A stretch of DNA of 64,000 nt from NCBI RefSeq assembly GCF_937973075.1, contig NZ_CALBWL010000051.1, positions 8,335 through 72,334 of the forward strand, given 5' to 3'. This stretch comes from an uncultured Campylobacter sp. Its GTDB lineage: Bacteria > Campylobacterota > Campylobacteria > Campylobacterales > Campylobacteraceae. The translations under genes were made by a program, and so were the position numbers. This document shows, piece after piece, positions 1 to 9,380 of this stretch. The notes beneath the pieces were generated by a model. It saw nothing but the letters and a program-made list of their open reading frames with translations. It had not been told where the DNA came from and did no database searches. How positions within the stretch are numbered: position 1 is the stretch's first letter; every line of letters begins with the position of its first letter.

Positions 1-4
1 TTTT

Positions 5-688
5 TCATACTCGCTCCTTTTTTACCGCTTTGTAGCCGAGCCCGCGCACGGTGATTATCTCAAAGTCCTTGGAGTTTTCAAATTTTGCTCGTAGCTTTTT
101 GATGTGCGTATCTACGACGCGCTCGTCGCTGTCCGTTTCGTAGCCCCAAATTTCGCTCATTATCTCAAATCTCGTAAAAATTCTGCCTGCGTAGCTTAGC
201 AGCAAAAACAAAAGACGAAATTCCTTCGGCGCCAGGCTTATCCGCTCGCCCGCCGCGCAGACGCTAAGCGTATCATAATCAAGCTCGCTTCCGCCTATGA
301 GAAGCCGCTTTTCGTTCGCGATCTTTGCGCGCCTTAGCAGCGCATGCACGCGCAGCACGAGCTCTTTTAAATTTATCGGCTTGCTCATATAATCGTCCGC
401 GCCGCTTTTAAAGCCCGTTTGCATATCCTCGATCTCACTTTTTGCCGTTATAATCAGTATCGGTTGGCTCTTGCCGTCGCGCCTAACGTATCTGCTAAGC
501 TCAAAGCCGTCCATCTTAGGCATCATCACGTCCGAGATGATTAGATCGAAGTGCGCCTCATCCAGCGCTTCTGCCGCCTGCTTGCCATCGAAGGCGCAGC
601 TCACGCTAAAGCCCTCATCAAGCAGCTTTTCCCTTATCGCCGAGCTCAAAATCTCGTCGTCTTCGACTAGTAAAATATTAAGCATCAT
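5..688 (-). CDS. OmpR/PhoB-family response regulator
   Basis: 227-aa ORF. N-terminal receiver domain (LLVEDDE, DLIISDVMMPKMDG, SKP). C-terminal winged helix (VDTHIKKLRAKF, TVRGLGYK). Confidence 0.9.
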   Translation of the reverse strand: MMLNILLVEDDEILSSAIREKLLDEGFSVSCAFDGKQAAEALDEAHFDLIISDVMMPKMDGFELSRYVRRDGKSQPILIITAKSEIEDMQTGFKSGADDYMSKPINLKELVLRVHALLRRAKIANEKRLLIGGSELDYDTLSVCAAGERISLAPKEFRLLFLLLSYAGRIFTRFEIMSEIWGYETDSDERVVDTHIKKLRAKFENSKDFEIITVRGLGYKAVKKERV

Positions 689-783
689 CGCTCCCGTTTT
701 GATAAATTTATGCGCTTAAATTTATACATAAAATTTTAAGAAACAATGAGATATTATACGTAAATTTTTTCAAGGAGTAAAGA

Positions 784-1461
784 ATGAATTTCAAAAAAAC
801 AATATCGGTTGCCGTTATTGCGGCTTCGGTGCTGGCGCTATTTAGCGGATGCGCGAAAGAGAGCTCTCGCGTAGTGCAAACCCCTACGGTAGCAAGCATA
901 AACACCAACTACTCTGGCGAGCGAATTGCCGTGTCGGTAGGACGCTTTAACAACCAATCCTCTTACAACAACGGCGTGTTCTCCGACGGCGAGGACAGAC
1001 TGGGCAACCAAGCGCAGACAATTTTGATCTCAAGCTTACAGCAAACAGGACGTTTCTCGGTGCTTGACCGCACGAATATGCGCGCCATCAAAGAGGAAAG
1101 CGCAATCTCTAAAAGCGCACAAAATCTAAAAGGTGCCAGATACGTTATCACCGGCGACGTGACGGAATTTGGCCGCAAGACGACCGGAGATCATCAGCTG
1201 TTTGGAATTTTAGGCAAGGGAAAGACCCAAACCGCGTATTCTAAAGTAAATTTAAACATCGTTGACGTCAGAACGTCCGAGGTGGTCTTTTCGACTCAGG
1301 GCGCGGGCGAATACGAGCTATCAAACCGCGAAGTGCTAGGTTTCGGCGGCACTGCGGGCTATGATTCGACGCTAAACGGCAAGGTGTTAAGTCTGGCGAT
1401 CATCGAAGCGGTCAATAATCTCGTAAACGGCCTTGAAAACGGCGCGTTTAAGCTAAGATAA
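784..1461 (+). CDS. CsgG-family outer-membrane lipoprotein
   Basis: Signal peptide with lipobox LFSGC. The body resembles the CsgG family (RIAVSVGRFNNQS, LQQTGRFSVLDR, ARYVITGDVTEFG). RBS AAGGAG lies upstream. Confidence 0.8.
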   Translation: MNFKKTISVAVIAASVLALFSGCAKESSRVVQTPTVASINTNYSGERIAVSVGRFNNQSSYNNGVFSDGEDRLGNQAQTILISSLQQTGRFSVLDRTNMRAIKEESAISKSAQNLKGARYVITGDVTEFGRKTTGDHQLFGILGKGKTQTAYSKVNLNIVDVRTSEVVFSTQGAGEYELSNREVLGFGGTAGYDSTLNGKVLSLAIIEAVNNLVNGLENGAFKLR

Positions 1462-1470
1462 GGATAAAAT

Positions 1471-1965
1471 TTGAAAGCAGGTAGCGCTCTTGCGCTTGCC
1501 GCTGCGGCCGTGATCTTTTGCGGCTGCGGCGGCGGGGCGCGGAATCAAATTTATTACTGGGACGGCAGCTACACGGACTCGACCTATCAGTATCTAAAGC
1601 AGGAAGGCGACGTAGGCGAACAGATCGAAGTGCTTGAAAAATCTATCCAAAAGGCATACGAAAAAGGGCGTAAAGTCCCGCCGGGGCTTTATTCGCATCT
1701 GGGGCTTTTGTATCTAAGCGCGGGCAACGGCGCGAGGGCGAGAGAGAACTTTGAAAAAGAAGCTCAGGCTTTCCCTGAATCAAAGCCGTTTTTGACCTTC
1801 GTTACAAACCCCGCCGCGCTTAAAAAAGCTGAGGCTGCGACCAAGCCCGGCGCCGATAAAGCTCAAGGGCCAAGCGGACGCGAAGCCGCCAAAACGGCCT
1901 CTGCAAAGCAAGGTAAAGCTGCCGCGAAACAGGGCGGCAAAACGAATAAAAAGGCTAAAAAATGA
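1471..1965 (+). CDS. Lipoprotein, DUF4810-like (middle gene of the CsgG/DUF4810/DUF799 trio)
   Basis: TTG start after AAGGA. Lipobox IFCGC. It sits between the CsgG-like and DUF799-like genes and has a Lys/Ala-rich tail. The family call rests on position plus the IYYWDGSY motif as I recall it. Confidence 0.6.
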   Translation: MKAGSALALAAAAVIFCGCGGGARNQIYYWDGSYTDSTYQYLKQEGDVGEQIEVLEKSIQKAYEKGRKVPPGLYSHLGLLYLSAGNGARARENFEKEAQAFPESKPFLTFVTNPAALKKAEAATKPGADKAQGPSGREAAKTASAKQGKAAAKQGGKTNKKAKK

Positions 1966-2642
1966 AAAATAAAGCTCAAATAGCTATTTTTAGCGTATTC
2001 GTGGCGCTGTTTTTTAACGCGTGCGCTCTAAGCGAGCCTGAAATTTACGACTACTCGGCGCTTCAGCAGGCTAAGCCGAGATCGATTTTGGTGCTGATGC
2101 CTACAAACGAAACTACCGAAGTGGACGCAGGTGCTGCCGTGCTTGCCAATGCGATCTATCCGCTAAGCGAGGCGGGCTATTACGTATTTTCGCCCGCGCT
2201 CGTGCATGAGACCTTCAAAAATAACGGAATTTACGAGGCTAGCGACATCCAAAATGTCTCCGCGCACAAGCTAAGACAGATTTTCGGCGCAGACGCCGTG
2301 CTATACATGGATATCGTTAAATACGGCACTTCGTATATGCTGCTAAATAGCGTAAGCGTCGTGGCAGTCAATGCCAAGCTCGTGGATCTGCGAAGCGGCG
2401 CGACGCTCTGGGAGGGCTCGGCGCAGGTCAGCGATGACTCGGGCGGAGGCGGTAACAATCTCGTGGGTATGCTGATCTCCGCTGTCATTAAGCAGGTTGG
2501 TGATACGATCACCGATGCGGGATACAAGCTCTCTGCAAGTGCAGATGCGATGCTGCTGGCTCAAAACTGCAACAAATGCTTGCTCTACGGCCCGTATTCG
2601 CCACACTACGGTCAGGATAGACAGCTTGGCGGCGGAAAATAA
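1962..2642 (+). CDS. Lipoprotein, DUF799/GNA1162-like
   Basis: ATGA overlap with the upstream gene. Lipobox FFNAC. RSILVLMPTNET and YVFSP motifs resemble the DUF799 family. Confidence 0.7.
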   Translation: MKNKAQIAIFSVFVALFFNACALSEPEIYDYSALQQAKPRSILVLMPTNETTEVDAGAAVLANAIYPLSEAGYYVFSPALVHETFKNNGIYEASDIQNVSAHKLRQIFGADAVLYMDIVKYGTSYMLLNSVSVVAVNAKLVDLRSGATLWEGSAQVSDDSGGGGNNLVGMLISAVIKQVGDTITDAGYKLSASADAMLLAQNCNKCLLYGPYSPHYGQDRQLGGGK

Positions 2643-2659
2643 ATTTTAAAAGGACGAAA

Positions 2660-3115
2660 ATGAAACTAGCCGAGGCGCTGATACTGCGCGCAGATATACA
2701 AAAACGCATCGAGCAGTTAAAATCAAGGCTCGCGGATAATGCAAAGGTGCAAGAGGGCGAGAATCCCAGCGAAGAACCAAAGGCGCTGCTAGCCGAGCTA
2801 GACGCGCTCACAAGCGAGCTTGAGCGGCTAATCGTTCGGATAAATTTAACCAACTGCACCGCAAAAGCGGACGACAAGAGCTTAACCGAGCTAATCGCCA
2901 AGCGCGACATACTCACGCTAAAAGCGGGCGTATTGCGGGCTTTCGCGCAAGCTTCCGCGCAAAAGGTGGATGTTTATTCGCGCAGCGAGATTAAAATTTT
3001 AAGCACGGTCGACGTTGCGGCGCTGCAAAAGCAGGTGGACGAGCTAGCTAGGCAGATCAGACAGCTTGATACGACGCTGCAAGGCGCGAACTGGCAGACC
3101 GATCTGATCGACTAA
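2660..3115 (+). CDS. DIP1984-family protein (function unknown)
   Basis: 151-aa helical protein. The N-terminus MKLAEALILRADIQKRIEQLKSRL matches the family signature as I recall it. Confidence 0.65.
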   Translation: MKLAEALILRADIQKRIEQLKSRLADNAKVQEGENPSEEPKALLAELDALTSELERLIVRINLTNCTAKADDKSLTELIAKRDILTLKAGVLRAFAQASAQKVDVYSRSEIKILSTVDVAALQKQVDELARQIRQLDTTLQGANWQTDLID

Positions 3116-3536
3116 AGCGTCAAATTTAGCGGCGAAATTTGAAAGGATTTCGCGAAAAATAAAATTTCGGGTAAGTATCGCAAGAGGCGAGTACGAAACT
3201 CACCTGCGAAGCAGGTTTATGGCAGCGCTCGCGGAAACGGCGCACCCCTTTTACGATTTATTTTCAGTAAATTTACAAGGGCAATGTAACTACGCAATGT
3301 AACTACCGCGTACTGATCTAGCGATACCGAGGGCGGGAACGGGGAAATTTAAAACGAAATTTTGATTTTAACGGCGCGGTTTGCGGGCTCGCGGCGAAAT
3401 TTAGCGGCGATCTGGGCGGATTTGACGCTCAAATTTTACGTTAAATTTAGACGCGCCTGCTATTTTGCATTTTGACCCGTCTGGCGTCAAATTTTTACAA
3501 AAATCATAAGATTTAGCCAAATTTAAAGGATGAAAT

Positions 3537-4223
3537 TTGAAATTTAAAACCCTTGCGCTAGCAGCCGCGCTTTTCTTTGCAACCGGCATAAATGCAGAGC
3601 TTGCGATAGAAGCGAATTCCATAAATTTTAGAAAAACGAGCGGCGTGGAGCAAAATCTCGCGGACGCAAAAGACGCCAAATTTAAAGACGCGCATTTTAA
3701 AGATACAGATACCGCGGCGCACGGCGCAAGCTCAAACTCATCGCAAAAAGCAACCCTCATCGACGAAGCAAAAAATTTTTACCGCGTGGATGAGCTGCTG
3801 TTTCGCAGCGCTCAGCTTGACGGAGGTGATGCCGCGAAACTGCATGAGCTTGGCATCAAAAGCATTGTAAATCTGCGCCATTTTAGCAGAGGCGGCGACA
3901 GAAGGGCGTTTGGGGATCAATTTTGGCTCTCGAACAAGCCGCTTCAAAGCTGGGAGATAAAGCCCGCGCAGATCGCGGATGTTTTGCGCACCATTCGCGA
4001 GCGCCAAAAGGAGGGCGCCGTGCTCGTGCACTGCTATCACGGAGCCGATCGCACGGGCCTTGTGGTGGCGATGTACCGCGTGATCTATCAGGGCTGGAGC
4101 TTGGATGCCGCGCGCAGCGAGATGATAAACGGCGGATACGGCTTTCACTCGATGTGGCAGGATATCGTGGGCTTTTTGACGCCGCAAAACGAAGCGCTCG
4201 TAAGAGCCGAGCTTGGAATTTAG
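3537..4223 (+). CDS. Secreted Cys-based (CX5R) tyrosine/dual-specificity phosphatase-like protein
   Basis: TTG start after AAAGGA. Signal peptide MKFKTLALAAALFFATGINA. Active-site loop VHCYHGADRTG (HCX5R). Confidence 0.75.
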   Translation: MKFKTLALAAALFFATGINAELAIEANSINFRKTSGVEQNLADAKDAKFKDAHFKDTDTAAHGASSNSSQKATLIDEAKNFYRVDELLFRSAQLDGGDAAKLHELGIKSIVNLRHFSRGGDRRAFGDQFWLSNKPLQSWEIKPAQIADVLRTIRERQKEGAVLVHCYHGADRTGLVVAMYRVIYQGWSLDAARSEMINGGYGFHSMWQDIVGFLTPQNEALVRAELGI

Positions 4224-4308
4224 ACGAAATTTGCCCGTCCGATCAGACGGCGGCAAAATTTGTAAATTTAATAATGACAAAATGCCGTTTATAACGAAAT
4301 TTTAGAAT

Positions 4309-4446
4309 ATGGGCTATGTATATTTTCTGGGGCGAGGCTCGGGATACGCCAAAATAGGGGCAAAAAACGAGCTGCAAAGACGCGCGGAGTTTGAGCAAAA
4401 ATTTGAGGCGTGCAAACAAAAGGCGCGGGAAATTTTAAATTTATAG
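4309..4446 (+). pseudogene. Possible remnant of a T5orf172/GIY-YIG-like gene (45 codons)
   Basis: The ORF MGYVYFLGRGSGYAKIGAKNELQRR resembles the N-terminal GYVY..KIG motif of T5orf172-type domains, but it stops after 45 aa. It is below the ORF-track cutoff. Confidence 0.25.
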
Positions 4447-4768
4447 GTATCGCTAAAATTTCACTCTTTGCGGCGAGCTAAATTTAAAACCGAAAATTTC
4501 TAAAAAATATAGCAAAGAGATTGCAAGATGTAAAATTTAAGTCGTAAAATTTTACGCATTTTTCTACTGAAAATTCTCATACCTTTTTTCAAATATGCGC
4601 TCACGCCTCTGCGTGCGTATCGCAACGAAAATCGGCTAAATTTTAAAAGTCCGATTTGCGCTTGCGGCGACGGGGCGCGTAAAACGCCGCAGATATTAGA
4701 AAAATATCCGTAAATTTAGCCGAAACGTAGTAAAATTCGAGCGGTAAATTAAGCAAAAGGAGCGATCG

Positions 4769-5451
4769 GTGGAAAATTTATTACTAGCGCAGCTGCGCGA
4801 GGCGCTACCGCAGGGCATGCGCGTGCCGAGCGAGACCCAGGCGCTTTATGCGTGGATCGAAGCAAACGGCTTTTATGACGACGCGGGCGGGCGCAGACGC
4901 GGCTATCTCTACCCGCAAGATCGGCTGCAACAGAGCTGGAGCGACGATGAGCGCGAGGGCGGCACGGACATCGTATTTTTCACGGATGAGCCGAAAAATC
5001 GCGACGAGGAGCTAAGGTATTGGTTTTACGGCGAGGATCGCGAGCTTGCCGCGGAGATCAAGCAGAGGCTTTGCGTGTTTGCAGGCAGCGGCTCGGAGGG
5101 CTCGATGTGCGCGCTGTGGCTGGATGATGCGGGCGAGACTAGACCCCGCACATGGGCTCCGGCTCGGGCTCGACCATGACCTGCGTTTTGGCTCATAGCG
5201 GGCTTGATTTTTTGCGATTGCTCGCGATCGGATACGATGAAATCTGCTGGGATGAGGATTTTAGCGCGCCGCCAAACAGCGAGGAGGACGATTTTTTCGT
5301 GCATCCAAACGTAAAATTTCAGCAGTGGCTTAAGGACACGTTTAAAACGACGATCCCGCAAACCGCGCTTGAGCTCGTCACGCCCGCGCATATGGACGAC
5401 GAGAAGCCGAGCGATGAGTTTTTGATCTGGGTAAATTGCGTCGCAGGATAA
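4769..5451 (+). pseudogene. SMI1/KNR4-like (immunity-type) gene split by a frameshift
   Basis: ORFs 4769-5179 and 5152-5451 read as one protein (..CALWLDDAGETR / HMGSGSGSTMTCVLAHSGLDFLRLLAIGYDE..) if one base is added near the C run at 5144-5147. The overall pattern is SMI1/KNR4-like. Confidence 0.55.
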
Positions 5452-5457
5452 AATTTA

Positions 5458-5480
5458 AAGCGGCTTTTTTGCGCCGCTTG
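5458..5480. terminator. Hairpin after the SMI1-like gene
   Basis: AAGCGGC-TTTTTTGC-GCCGCTT forms a 7-bp GC-rich stem directly after the stop codon. Confidence 0.4.
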
Positions 5481-5772
5481 ATGAAGTATTGCGAGGTTTG
5501 CTTTCATAGGAAACCTTGTGAAATTTAAGCTTTTACTGCTAATTTAAAGAGCGTAAATTTAATGGATATCTTTTGATTAAAATTTTAATGGTAGCGGTAT
5601 CCATTTGGAAAAGTATTAATCATCTATTACTGCTTCTGCTACTTTTAAAATTTTTAATAAATCTGCCTGATAGAATTTAACTCTTTGCAGTGTGGCGGTA
5701 GAATTTTGCTGCTATTTGAAATAAGACGTGATAGAAAAGTTGGCACGTTTTTAAGAATCCAAATAAATTTAG

Positions 5773-6585
5773 CTAAATTCCGCGTGGATGGGTTATATCA
5801 AAGCATGGAAGTTCTGTTGGTTTATTAGCAAAGAACTGATTGAGACTAAATTCTAAATCAGAAAAAACAAGGCTAAAAGCTTTTCGGTAGTTTTGGCGAT
5901 AGGTTGTCTTTAATGTCGTATCAGAGAAAATTGTGACTGCAGCGACGTAGGCAGCGCGCGCAGAGCAAAAAAAATGGCGCGCATTAGTATATCGGCGTAG
6001 CGCTTTAGGCTTCGTATGAAAGATAGCATCCAAACAATCCTTCTGTCAAATATCCGCATAAATTACGGCGGATTTTTATCTAGGGTATGGGGGTGAGCTA
6101 CAAGGCGTATCCAGCAAATACGTCTTTGCAGCTAGCTGCATGCAGGCATTTAAAAGACGGAAAGTAAAAGCAAACAAGTTAAAATCTGAAAGTATTAATA
6201 GCTGCGCAATAGGCAAATTGCGCTCAGTGGCGAAGTGAGCGCAAACTTTTGGCAGCTTTAAGCTATCTGCACGCGCACAGGGTAGCAAGTGCTACTTTAC
6301 TTTAAATCTCTTTTTGGATCTTGGAATTTGCACGCTCAGAGCAGAAAGCACTAAGCAGCTAGGCGCGGAGATATCGTATTTTGCACCGCTTTCGCAATAG
6401 TTCTCTTTTATACCTGCTGGCTGATGCGTTTCTAGCAAGACGAGTGATTGTTGTTTTGACATTAATGAGGATGAGCTTGGCGGGCGCATAGACAGCATAT
6501 ACAAGCTCAGTAGCGGTAAGCACGTAGTTCGCAGCGTTTTATGATTAGCGGAGAGTTTGAGCTGAGTGCTGTGGCGGATATTCAT
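5773..6585 (-). pseudogene. Decayed AraC-type regulator (three in-frame stops)
   Basis: ORF fragments 6292-6585, 6076-6288 and 5773-6033 share one frame. They are interrupted by TAG (6292-6294), TAA (6076-6078) and TGA (6046-6048). The C-terminal fragment FSDTTLKTTYRQNYRKAFSLVFSDL resembles the second HTH of AraC. Confidence 0.35.
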
Positions 6586-6938
6586 AGTTTTTTTAACGTC
6601 TTGTGGAAATTTAAGACGAGTGTTATTGCGAGCGGGTGCAAATTTTTAGGTAAAATTTTATGCTTATTGATTTTTATATGGCTGTACTAAAGCATGCTTC
6701 ATACGTCAATTTCTTATAAATTTTTAACGTAAACTTTTTGCCCATTTAGGGGGAGAGGAGAAGGGAGTAAAATTTTTCGATCAAAAGGGCGTGGGATTAT
6801 GTCAGCAGGCTGCGTGTGCAACGCGAAAATAGCAATGCAGGAAGCGTATCGAGTAGTGCGGATAAAAAGACGATCTTCATCCGTCACTTTTTAAAATAAA
6901 ATTTTGCGACTAAAAAGGCGATTGTGCCTTTGTAAATT

Positions 6939-7466
6939 TTAAAATTTTAGTAAAAATTCTTCGTATTTTTCTGCACTTTTTGCGATATATTCGCTATCTG
7001 GATGAAATGAAAATCCATAGCCGAAGTGGCACGGCAGCAGCTTAGCGCCCGTAAAATTCATCGCGCATTTAAAAGGTATGATAACTTCCTCTATGCCAAA
7101 TCCGATCGTGCCGTCTTTTTTATAGTTATTTTGCTCATCGCCGATAGTGATCGCTAGGGCAAATTCTTTGCCTTTCAGCTTGCCGCCGGTGCTGCCGTAA
7201 GCCCAGCCGTAGGCGAATACATCGTCGAACCATTGCTTTAAAAGTGGCGGATAGCTGTACCAATAAAGTGGAAACTGAATGATAATTTTATCGTGGCTTA
7301 AAAGTAACTCCTGCTCGCGCGCAACATCGATTTTGCCGTTCGGATAAGTAGCGTAAATTTCGTGAATATCAAATTTATCCGCTTGCTTTTTGGCTACCTC
7401 GCGCCACGCCTTGTTTGCGTGTGAGCTTGCCATATCGGGATGAGCGATGATGATGAGATTTTTCAT
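6939..7466 (-). CDS. Flavodoxin-like-fold NAD(P)H oxidoreductase (KefF/YwrO-like)
   Basis: I placed the start at MKNLIIIAHPD, which follows AAGGAG. FPLYWYSYPPLLKQWFDDVF is typical of the Flavodoxin_2 family. Confidence 0.8.
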   Translation of the reverse strand: MKNLIIIAHPDMASSHANKAWREVAKKQADKFDIHEIYATYPNGKIDVAREQELLLSHDKIIIQFPLYWYSYPPLLKQWFDDVFAYGWAYGSTGGKLKGKEFALAITIGDEQNNYKKDGTIGFGIEEVIIPFKCAMNFTGAKLLPCHFGYGFSFHPDSEYIAKSAEKYEEFLLKF

Positions 7467-7750
7467 ATTTTCTCCTTGTTTTGAATTTCTTACATTATAT
7501 GTTTTTTGGCTGAAATTTTGATTTATCATCTAGCATAATATGGATATGAAATTTCAAATAAAATTTTACTTCCACTCAAATACTACTGGAAGGCTTATAG
7601 TTTTTTGCATGCGATTAGAAGTTAAATTTTATAAGCAAATATGGCAAACCCCAAAATCGATAGAATTTTATCTATTAAATTGTATTAAAAATTTTAAATG
7701 GTATGAAAAATGCGCCGAAAAATTCGGCGCAAATGAAAGGAATACTAATC

Positions 7751-9094
7751 TTAGATTAGCGCAGGAGCTACTAAAAATCCTAGAGCGACCGAAATCGCAA
7801 CCATAATGGTTCCCGGAAGGAAAAACGAGTGGTTAAATACAAATTTACCGACTCTAGTCGTTCCGGTATCGTCCATGGCGATCGCGCCGAGCGTCGTAGG
7901 ATAAGTAGGGAGCACGAACAAGCCTGAAACGGCTGCGAACGATGCGACTAAGATCCAAATTTGACCTGAATTTTCAGGGCTAGTCATTCCAAGCGCGGCA
8001 GCAACGGCAGGCATCATAACCTTTGTGGTTGCAGCCTGCGAGTATAGCAAGCAGCTTAAGAAGTATAGCGCGACGGCTAGTACGAAAGGATACTGCGTAA
8101 CGACGTTTTTAGCTACCTCTTTGATACTGTCAATATGTCCGTTAACAAAAGTAGTACCGAGCCATGCTATACCGATGACGCAGATGCACGCATTCATACC
8201 GCTTTGGAAAGTGCTGGTAGAGAGCAGTTTGCCTGTATCGATCTTGCATAAAACAGCAATAAGAAAGCCGATGGTTAGCATAAAGCTGATGATCGCGCTA
8301 TCTCTTGAAAGGATTGGTTTTTCTACCAGGCCGACGCTCTTTGAGATCGCAAGCGCATAGCAAACGACGATCAAAACGCCGATAGCGAATATCGCAACCG
8401 ATCTTTTCGCATAAGGCTTCGGCTCTTTATACTCCTCGGCTTTGATCTCGGCTACAAGACCTTTTGAAAGTCTCTCTTTGTAAATAGGGTCTTTTGAAAG
8501 ATCGAGATCGTAGAATTTATTTACGATGAAAGCCGTGATGATCATAGCTACGAAGGTAGTAGAGATGCAGATAAACAAAAGCTTAGGATAGCTAACGCCT
8601 AGCTTCTCGCACAAGCCGCTCATAGCGACGAACGCCGCTGAAATAGGGCTCGCAGTGATCGCTACCTGAGATGAAACGACCGAAAGCGCAAGAGGAGCGG
8701 AAGGTTTGATGTTCTGCGTCTTTGCGACCTCGACGATAACCGGGATCATAGAAAACGCAGTATGTCCGGTGCCCGCAAGTATCGTAAGTAGATAGGTAAC
8801 GATAGGCGCTAGGAAGTTGATCTGCTTAGGATTTTTCCTTAAAATTTTAGATGCTACCTGCACCAAATAATCAAGTCCGCCTGCGACTTGCAGCGCCGTA
8901 ATCGCGGAGATTACCGATGCGATAATTAGGATAACGTCAATCGGGATATCCTTCATATCGACCTTCATGCCCAAAATGGCTAGGACGACAACGCCCAAGC
9001 CGCCTGCATAACCGACGCCCATGCCGCCTAGCTTAACGCCTAGGTAGATGCCGCCTAGCAAAACGATAAATTGCAATATCACCATAAAGTCCAT
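7751..9094 (-). CDS. dcuA: Anaerobic C4-dicarboxylate transporter
   Basis: 447-aa polytopic membrane protein of the DcuA/DcuB family, downstream of aspA as in C. jejuni. RBS TAAGGAG. Confidence 0.9.
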   Translation of the reverse strand: MDFMVILQFIVLLGGIYLGVKLGGMGVGYAGGLGVVVLAILGMKVDMKDIPIDVILIIASVISAITALQVAGGLDYLVQVASKILRKNPKQINFLAPIVTYLLTILAGTGHTAFSMIPVIVEVAKTQNIKPSAPLALSVVSSQVAITASPISAAFVAMSGLCEKLGVSYPKLLFICISTTFVAMIITAFIVNKFYDLDLSKDPIYKERLSKGLVAEIKAEEYKEPKPYAKRSVAIFAIGVLIVVCYALAISKSVGLVEKPILSRDSAIISFMLTIGFLIAVLCKIDTGKLLSTSTFQSGMNACICVIGIAWLGTTFVNGHIDSIKEVAKNVVTQYPFVLAVALYFLSCLLYSQAATTKVMMPAVAAALGMTSPENSGQIWILVASFAAVSGLFVLPTYPTTLGAIAMDDTGTTRVGKFVFNHSFFLPGTIMVAISVALGFLVAPALI

Positions 9095-9380
9095 TGCAAA
9101 ACTCCTTATAAAGTAATTTTTTTAACGGCGCGCAGAATTCTAAAGATTTCAGCAGGTAAAATCCGAATTATCTTTATAATTCAGTGGTCGGAATTCTATG
9201 CGGAATTTTATCCTAAAATTTCGCAAGTGGAATTTTACTCCACGGAAGCTAAATCTAACTTGATGAAATTCTGCATCTACGGAATTCTGCACGATCGATC
9301 TTATCTATTTTGAATTCTACTTTGCGGAATTTCGCCTGTTAAATTAACTGATGAAATTCCGCGCCGCACCTAGTTTGGAA

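Noticed and set aside
7540-7806. An 88-aa plus-strand ORF between the KefF-like gene and dcuA.
   Set aside because: It is an AT-rich spacer translation that runs into the 3' end of dcuA on the opposite strand.
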